Assembly: GCA_951406725.2 (NCBI GenBank)
Contig: OX597833.1
Span: 56,854,001-56,918,000, forward strand
Direction: 5' to 3'
DNA length: 64,000 nt
From: Octopus vulgaris
Lineage: Eukaryota
Shown: piece by piece, positions 37,781 to 51,152 of the stretch
Layout of the letters: each line of letters opens with the position of its first letter
Numbering within the stretch: position 1 is the first letter of the stretch
Position numbers and translations under genes: made by a program
Notes under the pieces: model-generated
What the model saw: the letters and a program-made list of their open reading frames with translations, nothing else
Told to the model about the DNA's origin: nothing
Database searches by the model: none

Positions 37781-38601
37781 TGAGTGAGATGTGGAATTTA
37801 CAAGCTGCAATGCAAGCTACTTATCTTGGAGGTAGTTACTTCAAATAAGAATGGATACAGAATAGAGGAGACACTGATTCTCCTTGCCTGGGACAAACTT
37901 TCTAGTGTTAGTCGAATGCTAAAATGCACCCAGTGCATGCTGTGAAATGGCTGGTGATTAAAAACAGGCAACCAGCCACAGAAAACATGCCAAAATAGAA
38001 TGTACACGAGCATTGCAAGCCACATCACAAGTTACATATACAGGAGAGCAAATGCAGAGAAGCTGGGATACTTATGTCCTCCCACAGGAGACAACTTCTC
38101 TGGTATTGTTGGTATGATAAAATGCACTTAATCTGCACTATAATGATTACACAATCCCAGAATTGATCCAATTCTCATCGTCTCAAACCCATGTAAGTAT
38201 GGTGGTGGGGGGGAAGCGAAAAACAAGAAGATGATTAAAGTGTTTGCAATGGAAGCAATAAGGATGAAGATTTACTTTTCCAAACAATTTCCCCAGAATT
38301 CTGAATATCAACTACAGAAACAGCAATCCAAATAATTTATATTTAAAACAAGCTAAATTTGATATTTATAAAGATTTTTTTGAGTCATAAGTGCACATCA
38401 GAATATGCTGAAATATCTGCATAATAATGAGACACAAAAAAAATCCTAGTCATAGTGTAAAATAATAATATTTCAGTATTTCAATTGTATGTCTGTGTAC
38501 ATAAATACACACACACACACACACAAAATGTTCCACTCACTAAATTCAAATGAAATGTAGTTCATAACAGATGGCCATATATTTTAGTTTGTATGAGCTT
38601 T

Positions 38602-38831
38602 TAAACCCTTTTGTTACCCTATTTCTGTTTGAATACACTGTTTTTCTTCAAATTAATTTTAAAAATAATGACCAATATAGTAAAATGATTTTGTCATTAT
38701 TAAGCTGGTGCCTGAAAAGTAAATTAACATGAAATTTCAAAGGAAAGTTTTTGATTCAGATCACTTTATAACAGGAAGTCAGTACCATAGAATCAAGGGT
38801 GTCTTGGGGAGGGTGGTATCAAAAGGGTTAA
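38602..38831 (-). mobile_element. Diverged TTAA MITE (family A-related)
   Basis: AACCCTTTTGTTACC...GGTATCAAAAGGGTTAA. Confidence 0.7.
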
Positions 38832-39584
38832 ACTAACATAGTATTTGATTCGGTTGATGGAATTTATAGTTACTTCCCTCCTCCAATAAATATAATATTT
38901 CTTTATTTTCTTTATTTTTGAAAAGCCCATGTTTACAAATTGGCTCCATTTTCAAAAAAAATACTTTGTCATCTAAACCATACTTCTACTATTTTCTAAA
39001 GCTCATATCAAGTTAAACATAAGGCCAACTGTAATGAATCAATATATAATATAACATATTTTCAGTGTCTAATCACATCTTGAGTAATTCAATTGGGTGT
39101 GGCTTCTAGTTCATAATTAACTTTTCACACATATTACCATGGTGTTTATGTCTGCTTCTTCCATGCTTGTATGAGTTGGATGAGAGTTAATGAAGCAATA
39201 ATTTACAGCCTGTTGCTCTTCCTGTCGCCAACTCTTGTGTTTCAAGTAGCATAATTTTATTCAATTAGTCCTTGCCTACAATAAAACTGCCAAAGCAAAG
39301 GACTATAAGACAGAAATAATGAAAAGACATAAGGAAAAACTCAGACATTTGTGCACATACTTACACAAATACATTGCATACATATGCCCATATATTTACA
39401 TACATGTATATATGTATATAAATATGTATATATGATGGGCTTCTGCATAGTATGGTATTGGTTGGCATGAGGTTATAGTTGGAGACATTTGCCCACGTTA
39501 TGAGATGGAACTCAAAGCTACATGGCTGTAAAGCAAACTTTTTAACCACGCAGACATATCTGCATATATATATATATATGTTAC

Positions 39585-39782
39585 ATGCTGGTGCCACATA
39601 AAATACACTCAGTCCACTCTGCAAGGTGCTTGGTGTTAGGAAGGGCATCCAGCTGTAAAAATCCTACCAAAACAGTGAAGCCTGGTGCAGTCTTCTGTCT
39701 GGTCGGCCCCTGTCAAAACCATCCAAACCATGCCAGCATGGAAAACAGAGATTAAATGATGATGCTGATGATGATGATGATG
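39585..39782 (+). mobile_element. SINE family 1, diverged
   Basis: TTAGGAAGGGCATCCAGCTGTAAAA...CCATGCCAGCATGGAAAA...(GAT)n. Confidence 0.8.
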
Positions 39783-40182
39783 GTGAATTAGGCCACTAAA
39801 CATCTAGCTTCAAGTTCTTGTGTCATGCAACAATGCTGGAGATAACTTCATTCATACCTAAAATTCATGAGATATTATATAATTATATCTTAAAACTGAT
39901 TGTCCCCCATCGATAAAAGCGGAACATTAATCCTAAAAAAAAAAAGATTTTTCTATTATTTCATGCTCTCTGCATTTTAGTAGAAGTCATAAATTTAACC
40001 ACTCAATAGCATCATCACAAGAGTGTGCTGACATCTAAGAGCAATTGACCAATCACAATTGCCATATTATCTGGTTGAAGACCAAGATGTTATCTGCAAA
40101 TAAGACACCTTAGAGAAAGCCACTTATGTAAATTATCATTACTTCAACATACACAAATAAACATAAATACACACTCATACGT

Positions 40183-40306
<124 letters not shown>

Positions 40307-41328
40307 CAAAGAAAAAAAAACGTTATTGCATTTAATCCTGACAGGCGGAAACAATTAGTTCATTATGCAACAAAGCGGTTGAAATTTGATTCCAAAGTGA
40401 GTGAAATTATCACCAAGACTGCAATGAAGTTGGGAGTTAATTTTCATGATGTAGAATCACTTATCACAGAGCCACCTGAAGAATGATCATTCCAGCCCAC
40501 AAACCCACAGGGAATATAAATTTGTATAATTAGAATAGCAGAAACTTATTCCGGTGTGTTACATACCTTTAATCTGAAGGTTTAAAGAAAGAAAAAATAT
40601 AGGAATAATATACACCATGGTCCAAAATTAAGTGAAACAAGAGAATCAGAGGTGTGAGGTGTTCAGAATATTAAGACAATGTACTAGAGAGAACTGAGAA
40701 GTCATATGGAATGATAATGGCACTTGCTGACACTGAAAATATGCATTTTTTAGCAAATTGCCCTACAGCCTATATAGGCACAGGTATGACCATGTAGCTA
40801 AGAAGCAGATGGCTTGTAATTCATTTCCTCTACATGTAAGCTATTGACTGGTATCCTCTACCATAGCCATGGATTAACCAATATCTTGTGAATGAAATTT
40901 GTCAGAAACTGGAAGAATCATCATCGTCGTCGTCATCATCATCATCATCATTTAATGTAGATTTTCCATACTGGCATGGGTTGCATGATTTGATGGGAGT
41001 TGGCAAGCCAGAGGGTTACACCAGGTATCCTCACCTTCCCTTTTTCTCTCAGGTTCAAATGTTTCTACCTTCTTCCACACACGCAATGATTATATGCACA
41101 CACCAATACCCCCACATCCCCTACTAATCCATAACACTATACTTCCATACTATACACCTCTGCACACATAACACAGGCATCACAAAGTCACAAATACAAC
41201 ACTCCCTAACTTATGCCCTCTCAAAACACCTGGCTCCCTTTCATCCTTTCTTAATGACTCCCTTTCAAGAAACCACATTTCCATCTGGCCCCTAACCGAT
41301 CACCCAGGTTTGTGTTCTCTCTCTCTCT

Positions 41329-41389
<61 letters not shown>

Positions 41390-41409
41390 GTGTGCGTGCA
41401 TGTGTGTGT

Positions 41410-41538
41410 CAGGCATCGGACTGTAAAAACCATGCCAAACCAGATTGAAACCTGCAGCTCCCCAGCTTACCAGTTTTCAGTCAAACTGTCCAACCCATGC
41501 CAGCATGGAAAACACACATTAAATGATGATGATGATGA
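41410..41538 (+). mobile_element. SINE family 1 3' fragment after (CT)n(GT)n
   Basis: GTCCAACCCATGCCAGCATGGAAAA...(GAT)n. Confidence 0.75.
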
Positions 41539-42748
41539 AATATTATATACATAATATAAAATTTATATATAAATACATCCTAGCAATATCTTCAGCACCA
41601 TCCAAAACATGTTAAGCATTTTGTTTAGCCCTTCATAGTAAAATAACATCTGCTGAACTATATCACAAAAATATCTATACTGAACGCAGTGTCAAGTCCT
41701 AACTACTGGGGTATAAAAGTTACATAAAGACAGTAAATAGATACATGTCTCGATTCACCAGAAAACATAAAATCAAAATTTTTTTTTAAATTTTGAAATC
41801 AACCATGTAAAATATCATTTCTTTGAAAACAAAAAAAATTCTAATATTGATGCCTTTTGTAAGTTTCCAAACCAATCTATAATATTTACTTTGAATCAAT
41901 ATGATCCCTGCTTACATACATATAATCCTTGTATTGCATCGAATGTCCATTCAATAACTTTGATTCAATCACTCAGAATTTAAAATAGCTTTAAAACAGA
42001 CAATTTATCATCCAGAAATCTATATTACTGCTAATGTAGAATTTATGTATTCTTCTCAAAGGGAACTTCCAAACAGAAAGTTTCTGAATTCTTGCTTTTT
42101 GTCTTTTAAAAATTAAAAAAAAAATCCAATGCAATATATTTTAACTTAACTCTATGAAATTCCTTGTTTTGGGTAAGGTGTGCAAATATATGTATATATA
42201 TATGTATATATGTATGTTTTGTGTGTGTGTGTGTGTGTGTACACATATATGTGCATGTGAACATACAAAAGGAAGTAACACTGACCCTGATTTGATTGGA
42301 GTTACATGTATTTAATAGCAGTTTGACTTAGCTCCATCTTAGTTTTGTGGGCACAAAGGACACATCCACCTTATCAGATATTCTTTCTCGAACAGCTGAC
42401 AAAATGGACATGTCCAATGAGGTGCAAACTTAATAAATGCATGTATGTATATATTATCAATTATTGAATCAGTATATATACTGATTCAATTCCTATTTCG
42501 TAGGGAAGATGAAAGGCAAAGTTGATTTAAACTAAAGTCAGTGAGATAGTTAACGAGGCAGCATCAATTATCTATGCCGACTTTCTGTAGCAATCACATC
42601 ATCATAATCATTTTAATATCCACTTTTCCATGCTTGCACAAGTCAGATGAAGGTTCTTTCGAAGCAGATTTTCAACAGGCAGATGTCTTTCCTATCACCA
42701 ATATTCACCTGTTGCCAGATATGTTCTCACAGAATATTGGAAATGAAG

Positions 42749-42789
<41 letters not shown>

Positions 42790-42791
<2 letters not shown>

Positions 42792-42972
42792 GGGCTCCTT
42801 TCAGTTTCCATCTACTAAATCCACTCACAAGAGTTTGGTTGGTCCAAGTCTAAAGTAAAAGACACTTTTTCACATGGTGGCACAAAGTGTACAAGTTGCC
42901 ATGCAGTGAAACTGAACCCCAGACCATGCGGTTAGGAAGTAAACTTCTTACTACACAGCCATACCTCCACCT
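42790..42972 (-). mobile_element. SINE family 3 5' half, diverged (similar fragments ~8805-8970, 14585-14720, 34945-35075, 39430-39555, 40775-40915)
   Basis: TTTCAGTTTCCATCTACTAAATCCACTCACAAG...ACTGAACCC...ACACAGCCA. Confidence 0.75.
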
Positions 42973-43961
42973 ATTAATCATCACAAAAATGATATATTAC
43001 TCAGGCTCAAAGCCAACATTTATGAAAGCAATTGAGTAAGGATCTGACTCACCCCATTTATCTTGGAACTTATTTTATCAATCTCACAGGGTTCAAAGAT
43101 AAATGTTGAATTTAGTTAGAACTGAACTCATAACCAAGAACAAAAGTACTTAATACTGCAATGTTAATTATCCATCACCACTGCCACCACCATTATTATT
43201 GCCAATGCCACACCCATCGCAACTATACCCCCCCACACACACACACACACATTACCATGATATCAGTTTTCCATACTGACATCAGTTGGACAAGTTGGCA
43301 ATAGAACAACTCTCGATATGTCTTCATTTCACTCAGGAATCTCTAATGTTTTCAAACCTGATTTAATTCTATCACAGAGAAGAATTTCAATTTCAACTCG
43401 CAGAACACTTTTTGCCTATGTATCATTCACTTACATAACAAAAACATAACAGTGCAGTCATCTTCCTGTCATACATCAGCTATTTCCTCAATTCCCTTGT
43501 GTTCGATCTCTAAGTTAACATTGCACAGAAATAAAAGTAAAAAAAAAACATTCCTTTCTAATTGATCCACATTTTGAACATTCAATCCTCATGTTTCACT
43601 ACTATACAGCATCACAGTCATTTCATATGCTTCATGTAGTCTGTCTTCCATATAACATAAATTGTATTATAGTGCAAGAAACAAAAATAAGTGATATATA
43701 GTATACAAACTTTAGAGATTGCTGGCGTATTGGCATTTAATTATAACTTTTAATACAGTCTGCAGAGAGTTCAGTCATCTTATTCACTAAATTAAGACCA
43801 AATGGATTAACATATTGAACCCTTTAAGTTATAATTTGTGAGTTCAATTTCAGAAAGGAATGTATACATTGGAAATTACTAAAAAATATATATGAATTTT
43901 TTGCGTAATGAGATAAAAAAAACCAAGGCTGTATAGATATTAGAGCATTTATAGATAGAAG

Positions 43962-44016
43962 GTCTTACAGCTGTTTCTAGAATATTAATTAATAATAATA
44001 TCCCTTCATCGGAAAC
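43962..44016 (-). ncRNA. Minimal type I hammerhead ribozyme-like motif in a PLE-like remnant
   Basis: GUUU-CCGAUGA-a-GGGAUAUU..AAUAUUCU-a-GAAA-CAGCUG-UA-AGAC; palindromic stem III, GUA site. Confidence 0.6.
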
Positions 44017-44102
44017 GGTCTCAGAGGGAAAATTAAGTCATAGTTTTAGTTTCAATGTGATACAAATAGAGAGTGAGGTGGAGGAAAGAAAATAGATGTA
44101 AG

Positions 44103-44270
44103 ATCATCATCATCATCAGCAGCATCATCATCATCATCGTTTAACGTCCGCTTTCCATGCTAGCATGGGTTGGACGGTTCAACTGGGGTCTGGGAAGCCC
44201 GAAGGCTGCACCAGGCCAGTCAGATCTGGCAGTGTTTCTACAGCTGGATGCCCTTCCTAACGCCAACCAC
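44103..44270 (-). mobile_element. SINE family 1 3' fragment
   Basis: (CAT)n-CGTTTAACGTCCGCTTTCCATGCTAGC...GGATGCCCTTCC. Confidence 0.9.
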
Positions 44271-44670
44271 ATGAGTGGCTGGCGTTGTATGGTTATTGAG
44301 TTCATAAATCCATTTTATAGGCATAATGGTATTTATGTGTAATATTCCAATACATAAAAAGAAAGGAGATTAATCATCATCTTTTAATTGATATTGTTTA
44401 ATCCCAGGGCCAGTACTGATTGAGCAGACTTATGACCAAAAGCATTCCAACTGTGTGACTATTACATATTTTTCCTGATATAGTGTATGAAGGATTACCT
44501 GATTTATTGTGTTCCCAATAATTTTTAGGGCTCAAAGTGGCTAACTTTTTAATTGTTGTTGCTGTTTAACCCCAGCTCAGCTTTGATCAGCAGAGCTATG
44601 ATTAAAGGCATTCCAGCTATGACCATCCCATCTTTTTTCCCATATACAGTGTATCAAGGACTACCTTATT

Positions 44671-44898
44671 TTAACCCTTTCGTTACCAACCCAGCTGAAA
44701 CCGACTCTGGCTCTGAGTACAAATGCTTTATTTTCAAAAGTTCTGAATTAAAATCTTTCCCCAAATCTTAGTCACAATTTATGTTCCTAACACTAGCAAA
44801 ATGATAACTAAATTATTTTACTAAATTCTTTGTTATATTTAAAGTAATTGAAAGAAACATAGAGCATCTCAAAATAAATACAGCAGCGAAAGGGTTAA
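44671..44898 (+). mobile_element. TTAA MITE family A
   Basis: TTAACCCTTTCGTTACC...GAAAGGGTTAA. Confidence 0.9.
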
Positions 44899-45544
44899 TG
44901 TCCTATTTTTAAGATTGTAAAGTATTATGTGGTTGTTATCGTCATGAATAGGAAGTTTTCATGTAAAGGCTTCATCATTATATATACACTGTGGCGGTTA
45001 AATAAGTAGAGAGTATAAATCTAAGCATAAACATTCCCCACTTCAGACTCGAGTGTCTAAAACTGGAAATGATACCTAGTTGTAAAATATTTGCAACAAT
45101 TTGTACACAATGGTTTAAATTTCAGAAATTCAACCCATGTGAGGGCAAAGAAAGATTGGATAAGGTTCACTTAGGAAAACATCTTTTAAATACTTTTAGA
45201 AATTCTCTAGAGATAAACGAGGGGGTAATTGTGTGAGGTCTGCATTAAAATATCAGGAAAGATATTCTTATTCTATAATAAACTATTGTAAACATTATGT
45301 GTATTATTTAAATATTTGCAATGGATGGTAATACTGAACATTTATATAGATTTAATAGGTTTTTCTTTTAAGTAGCTTTTGAATAAGCATCTAATTAAAT
45401 TTATGAAATTTTCAAGTCATAACAACTTGTGTGTTATGGTTAACTAGTATTTTGTATCAGATCATTTAAATTGACCACTACAAATCCAGATTGAAATTCA
45501 GATATATGATCCAACAGAATACTACAAAGACATGCCTCAATATT

Positions 45545-45780
45545 TTAACCCTTTAGCATTCAGATTATTCTGTCAAATGTAATACATATTTATTTACATT
45601 CTTTTGAGCTCATCAAAGGGTTATCTCATAGCTTCAAGATTTTGATGATGTGATTGTTTATTCTAAGACTGACATTACCAGATGAGTGAAATTATCACCA
45701 AGACTGACATTGCCAGATGAACAAAAAGGAGGTAGAATATTTGGGCTGGATTTGGCCGGTTTAAATGCTTAAAGGGTTAA
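45545..45780 (-). mobile_element. TTAA MITE family B
   Basis: TTAACCCTTTAGCATT...AATGCTTAAAGGGTTAA. Confidence 0.8.
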
Positions 45781-47942
45781 AGTTAATGCCATGTTTCTCT
45801 GAATCATAAACACACAAAATTAAATTCCATTTAATCCAAGATTATTTGTGCCACTGAAATCTCTCTGGTAACAAGTACGCTCCTTATTTAATTCAAACAG
45901 ACACACAGATACATTCTGCTATGCTTTACATATATCCATGTTAGCAAAATCCCAACAGTACACAATACACTTGGGGCTATTTCCTAGAAAGTACCAAATG
46001 AGCAAATAGCCTATAAACTCAAATGAGCAGTCGAATCTAACTCTTTAATCTTTCAAATTCCTTCTAAAATTCACTACAATAAGATGTGATATCTTCCTTT
46101 CTTGGCGAATCCTATTAAATCTAAACCAGACTTGCTTTGAAATAAAGAAATAAAATGAATGATAGGCAAGAACTCGTAAGTTCATAACAAGAGAACTAGC
46201 ATTAACTAAAAGCAGCTTGAAATATTATGAAGAAAAAAAAAAAAGAAAGAATATTCCTATTGAAACATAGCAAAAGTAAACTCTTCAAAAGTGAAAATGA
46301 TCACCTCAGAAAAGAAAAGAAACAGAGGGAAAAAAATCAATGGTTGAAATCAATGGTTGAAGGGAAGATAAGATGATTATTATATATGTGTGTGTGCATA
46401 TGTATGTACATATGCATGTATGTATGTATGTATGTATGTATATATATATATAAAAATATAAGCCAGACTATTCATTCATTTTTTTATTCATCATCAATAT
46501 CATTTTTCTTTTGCTTTTTTTTTCATGAACACAAAAAACTCAAGGATATTTTTGTTTGAACAAATAGAATTATCCAACACATTGTGATATGATCCCTACC
46601 ATTCATTCTGGTAGAGATCATTATGTGATTATTTTTTTCACTGTGTGAAACCATAGGAACTATCTGGGAATAATTGCATCTATGGAAATAATAGAGATAG
46701 AAATTGAATGGCTTCCAAACCAGTAAGTCAAAGAAAACTCAACATAATTACATTATTATTTTTGAAATATATAAAAGTAGTGAGGTAGCAGAAATGGTAG
46801 AGTGCCAGACTAGACACCTTATAATACTTAGTTTTAAGTTCAAATTCTTCATTGACATCAAATATATCCATTCTCTAAAAATATTGGCCATGAACATAAT
46901 GAAAGGAACTTGATTTTCAAAAACATGCATCATAGAGAATCTTCCGAAGTAATTTTTTTTTGGCTCATTTTATGTTCCTTGTTACTTTTAGACATTTACT
47001 TATGAAGGAAAGAATCAAACTTTTTTTTGGTACTACAAAGTATAGTGTAACTAGTTCAAAGGATTTCACATTTGCAGCTCTCATTTGAGCTGCAGCAGGT
47101 TAATCTGTATTGAACTGAGATTTTTGACAGAAATATACTAAAGATCTGAGTAGCTAGTAAATACATTTCTCTGGCAAATGTTACTATTAATTATATAATT
47201 CAGAACAGAGAGAAAGAGTACAAAGCTGAAATTGTGGCTAGAAAAACTTGTATTAGAAATATATAATTCAATGGCTCTCAATTTCATGTCTTGGAATTAA
47301 AGATATCTTTCTTTCTTTTTATGACCACACACATGCATACATGTTATGTGTGCATGCACACATACACACACACAGACTACCACCACAATCACCAGAAGTA
47401 GCTACAGCATCAGTAAAAGCTGCAGTAATAGCAGCAGTAGTATTTTAAGTTTGCTTTTCCATGCTAGCATGGGTTGAATAAGTTTGCTTAAACACAGCAT
47501 CTTCTTGCTACTTGTTGGGGTCCATTTTTATCTGGCATTTACAACAACATAAAAAAAAGTGCTCTTACTTACTGTCATATATACCATGTTTCCTTTGATA
47601 TTATTTCTACAGCTGGATGCCTTTCTTATCCCCAGTGTGGACAGGGTGTATTTCATTATGGCACTAGCACAAGAGGCAAAATAAACATTGGAGGTGTTTC
47701 GCTGCATGCAAAAACTACAAGAGTTACTCAAAGGTATTGCAAGCTCCTCTGAATTTATTGCATTGTCAGAAATCCTTCCATATCATCAGCAGGTATCTCA
47801 GGGTCACAAGCACTTTGCCCTTTAGCATATATGCTTTGCCTGAGTGGGGCAGAGAGCATGTCTAAGGCAACATTACACTCTCCTCTACCCTCCATCAGTT
47901 TTCATTTATTAGGGTTACTGCTCTCTTAAACTGGTTACTAGT

Positions 47943-48310
47943 GCTGTTGCTGCTGATGTTGATGTTGAGTGAAGCGGTCTTCTATAGTTAGAGACGTCCG
48001 AAACATGGTCCTTTGCTATTCGTAAGACCCACAGAAGAGAAAACAGGTCAACTCCCAACACCGAGAGCATCGACGGATGGATGAATGCGCATCCAGGCTC
48101 TGTGGTTGCGTAGGAAGTCAGGGACAAGAAACAGGAAGAAAGAGTGAGAGAAAGAGTACAACAGGGGTCGCCACCACCCCCTGCCGGAGCCTCGTGGAGC
48201 TTTAGGTGTTTTCGCTCAATAAACACACACAACACCCAGTCTGGGAATCGAAACCACGATCCTCTGACCACGAGTCCGCTGCCCTAATCATTGGACCATT
48301 GCATCTCCAC
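47943..48310 (-). mobile_element. SINE family 4 (tRNA head), tail type a
   Basis: Minus: TGGTCCAATGATTAGGGCAGCGGACTC...GGTTTCGATTCCC...AGCTCCACGAGGCTCCGGCAG. Confidence 0.85.
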
Positions 48311-48432
48311 TGCTGCTGCTGCTTGTGAAGTTCATACCTCTTTTATTTGGTTCCCTTCCTATCACCAAACACTACACAGTAAGACTGGATGTATTTTATT
48401 ATGTCTCCAACATTAAAGAAGCTGTCTATAGC

Positions 48433-48731
48433 AATAGGCTCAGGAACAGAGGGGTGCAAGTGCACCTGCTAAAATTTTGAGGGGCCAATGAAAATGCTTT
48501 GAACATACTCTTCAAAAACTTCACCAAGACAAACATGTGTAGACACATTTTTGGACTGATTTCAAACATTACTTTTCCTTCGTTTGATTTATGATTTAAT
48601 TGATGTACAAATATAATGATTATAATTATAACTGTTTTTTATATATTAAGATTGAATAATTTAACCTTGTTTGTAAAAAATGTTGGATGTGAGTTAGCAC
48701 CCACTAAGCAAATTTCATTCCTGCATTTACG
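48433..48731. mobile_element. Old TIR MITE with 8-bp TSD (hAT-like)
   Basis: Imperfect TIRs ATAGGCTCAGGAA / TTCCTGCATTTAC; TSD TCTATAGC / TCGATAGC. Confidence 0.45.
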
Positions 48732-50889
48732 TCGATAGCAACACTGTACACTGTATCAGTTCTAATACCTAGTTACTACTATCCTATATAGGTTTTGCTG
48801 TGGATTTTAGAATCCATATCTCTTTTGTTCTTCCCTTTTGGGGGTTGAAAATGTTATGTCTTGCAGGTCAAATAAAAAATGATACCTAGATCATATAGAA
48901 ACAGCTTGTTTTTTAAATTTTCCTAAATGTTGCTTGTTGTAAAAACACAAATATACTTGTATCATATACGATGGGCTAAACAGGGTTGATTGTGGTTTCA
49001 AGGTAAGTGTAGTACCAGCCAGTTTACCTGCTTTCCTCAACAGCCAAATAAACATTTATTTTTTTTGTAACTTCGTCTCTAAGAAATGATTATTCATGTA
49101 AATCCTATTGTAACAGCATATGAGACTGTTAGTTTCTGTTGCTCCATTCATTTAGGAAAGTGAAAACATTCTGCTTAACACACAGCTTAAAATATTGCCC
49201 CTGGGGAAACATCCTCCTTTTTTTTTCACCAAGTGTAAGAAACGCTTTTTTCTCTGTATTAATATAAGACTGATTCATTTGTAGCCACTATAAAGATAAG
49301 AATTTTGCTCTGTTTTTCAATATCATCATCACTATTCAATGCTCAGCTTCTATGCTGGCATGGTTTGAAAGGTTAGACAGGTTTTGATGACTGATGACTG
49401 CATCAAGATCTTTTTCTTAACACCAATCACTTTACAGAGTGTACTAGGTGCTTTTTAGAGGCACCAGCCAAGTGATAAATGCCTGACACTGAGGCCCTAA
49501 AAAGCTTCTACAACCCTCTCTAGAGTGGGTGATCATCCTAACCAAAGGAATGAGGGATGGTAAGAGGGAAGAATGGTGCCGATAGCAGAGAACAGGGAAG
49601 GGACATGTTATTAGCAAGAGGGTGGGAGTCTAGTGCAATCCAATATTATAAGGGATGAGAATGGACAGAAAGTGTGAAGGACAGAGGATAGGAAGGGATC
49701 AATAGGCTAGGGTGGAGACCAATTCAGCCAAATTTCATTGTTTACTGACCAAAGAGAGATAAAGAAAACAAAGAATTTTGCATGTGATGTCACATATTAA
49801 GTTGTTGGAGCAGATGAATGGAATCCACAGATCAGGTTTTGCCTATGGTTACAGAACCCTGACCTAGATATGCAAAGAAACGCCTACTGTAGAATTGAAC
49901 TCAAAATCAAGAACCTGGGCCAACACCATATCCACTTAGCCATTCTCTACTATTATAAATATGCGTTTATATTTTTGTTTCTTTACACGTTCAGATATAC
50001 AAGCAAATACACACATACATATACTCACTACTACCGCCCACAAAGAGATTTTATTTTCCTTTAGTAGTAATGTTTGAAGCAACAGTAGTAGAAGTAGTAC
50101 TACTAATGATGGTCGTAGTGGTAGTGGTAGTGAGACAGTAGGAGGAAGGTGAATAGGAATAAAACTATTAATTGATATGAAGTAAAAGTGATAAAATTGT
50201 TCGGATTTTGGGAAGAGAAATCTTATCTAGGGTTTTATTTGGAGTAAATGTTGGTATTATTAGATTCTTTTTAATCTTATTTCTTGCTGCTACTTTTTCT
50301 AAGTCACTTTCACAAGACAAATCTATATTTTAAAGCTTTCATTTAAAAAAAAATTCTGAAACTGAGACTACTCTATCTAGCTAATAACTTGGTTTCTTTC
50401 ACAAGCATTAGACATCACTCAGACTTATAAGTAATCATATGGAATGTTGTGGTATTCATAACTTTCTCAACGGCATTTGTACGGCATGCAACATGAAAAT
50501 GAGATGTAGGAATCAAAACCAGGTGCCAGAATTTTAATACTTTTTAATGTTTTTTTTTTAAATATTTTTTTTTGGGGGGGTTTTGGACTCATGCTTGTAA
50601 GATTTAACTTTCATTCACAGTTAGTATGGGTTGGGTAGTCCTGAAAATTTAGAAAATTGTAAACGAAATCTAATGATGGTCTAAGTTGGTAAAAATATGC
50701 TTAACAATTTACTTATAATCTATCTTTTGAAATTGCTTGAAAGAAGCAAGTAAAACGAAGAAGCTAAACACAATAGCAAGTTACAATTTGTGGTCTAGCA
50801 TATTTAGAATCATTTCAAATTACACAGCCTTTGGGCTGATTGATACATACATACATATGCGCACACACATACACATACATACACACACA

Positions 50890-51020
50890 CACAAAGTGGT
50901 ATCAAAAAGTTCCCGGACTAGTTCTGTAGCATGCCAATAAATAGCAACACATGGTTACATGTACAGTGAGAGCTAGCAGTGACCTTCATGAAGCAGTGTG
51001 CCAAGTGGCATCACTGTATT
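50890..51020 (+). mobile_element. mariner-like terminal fragment
   Basis: GTGGTATCAAAAAGTTCCCGGACT resembles mariner TIRs (from recall). Confidence 0.45.
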
Positions 51021-51029
51021 TACTTCCCA

Positions 51030-51152
51030 AGTTGGAGCAACGTGAAATGAAGTGTTTTGCTCGAAAACACAACACATAACCCAGTCCAGAAATTGAAACT
51101 ACAATCTTACAATCATGAGTCCAAAACCCAAACCACTAAGCCATGTGCCTTC
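51030..51152 (-). mobile_element. tRNA-head SINE 5' fragment
   Basis: Minus: GGCACATGGCTTAGTGGTT...GTAGTTTCAATTTC; related to the 8553 copy. Confidence 0.6.

Noticed and set aside
40567-40573. 7-nt minus-strand microexon (TTCAG|ATTAAAG|GTATGT)
   Set aside because: Good signals but frame-shifting and unsupported; plausible by chance.
47965-48020. GAAACATGGTC as a hammerhead 3' half
   Set aside because: No CUGANGA box or stem I partner upstream.
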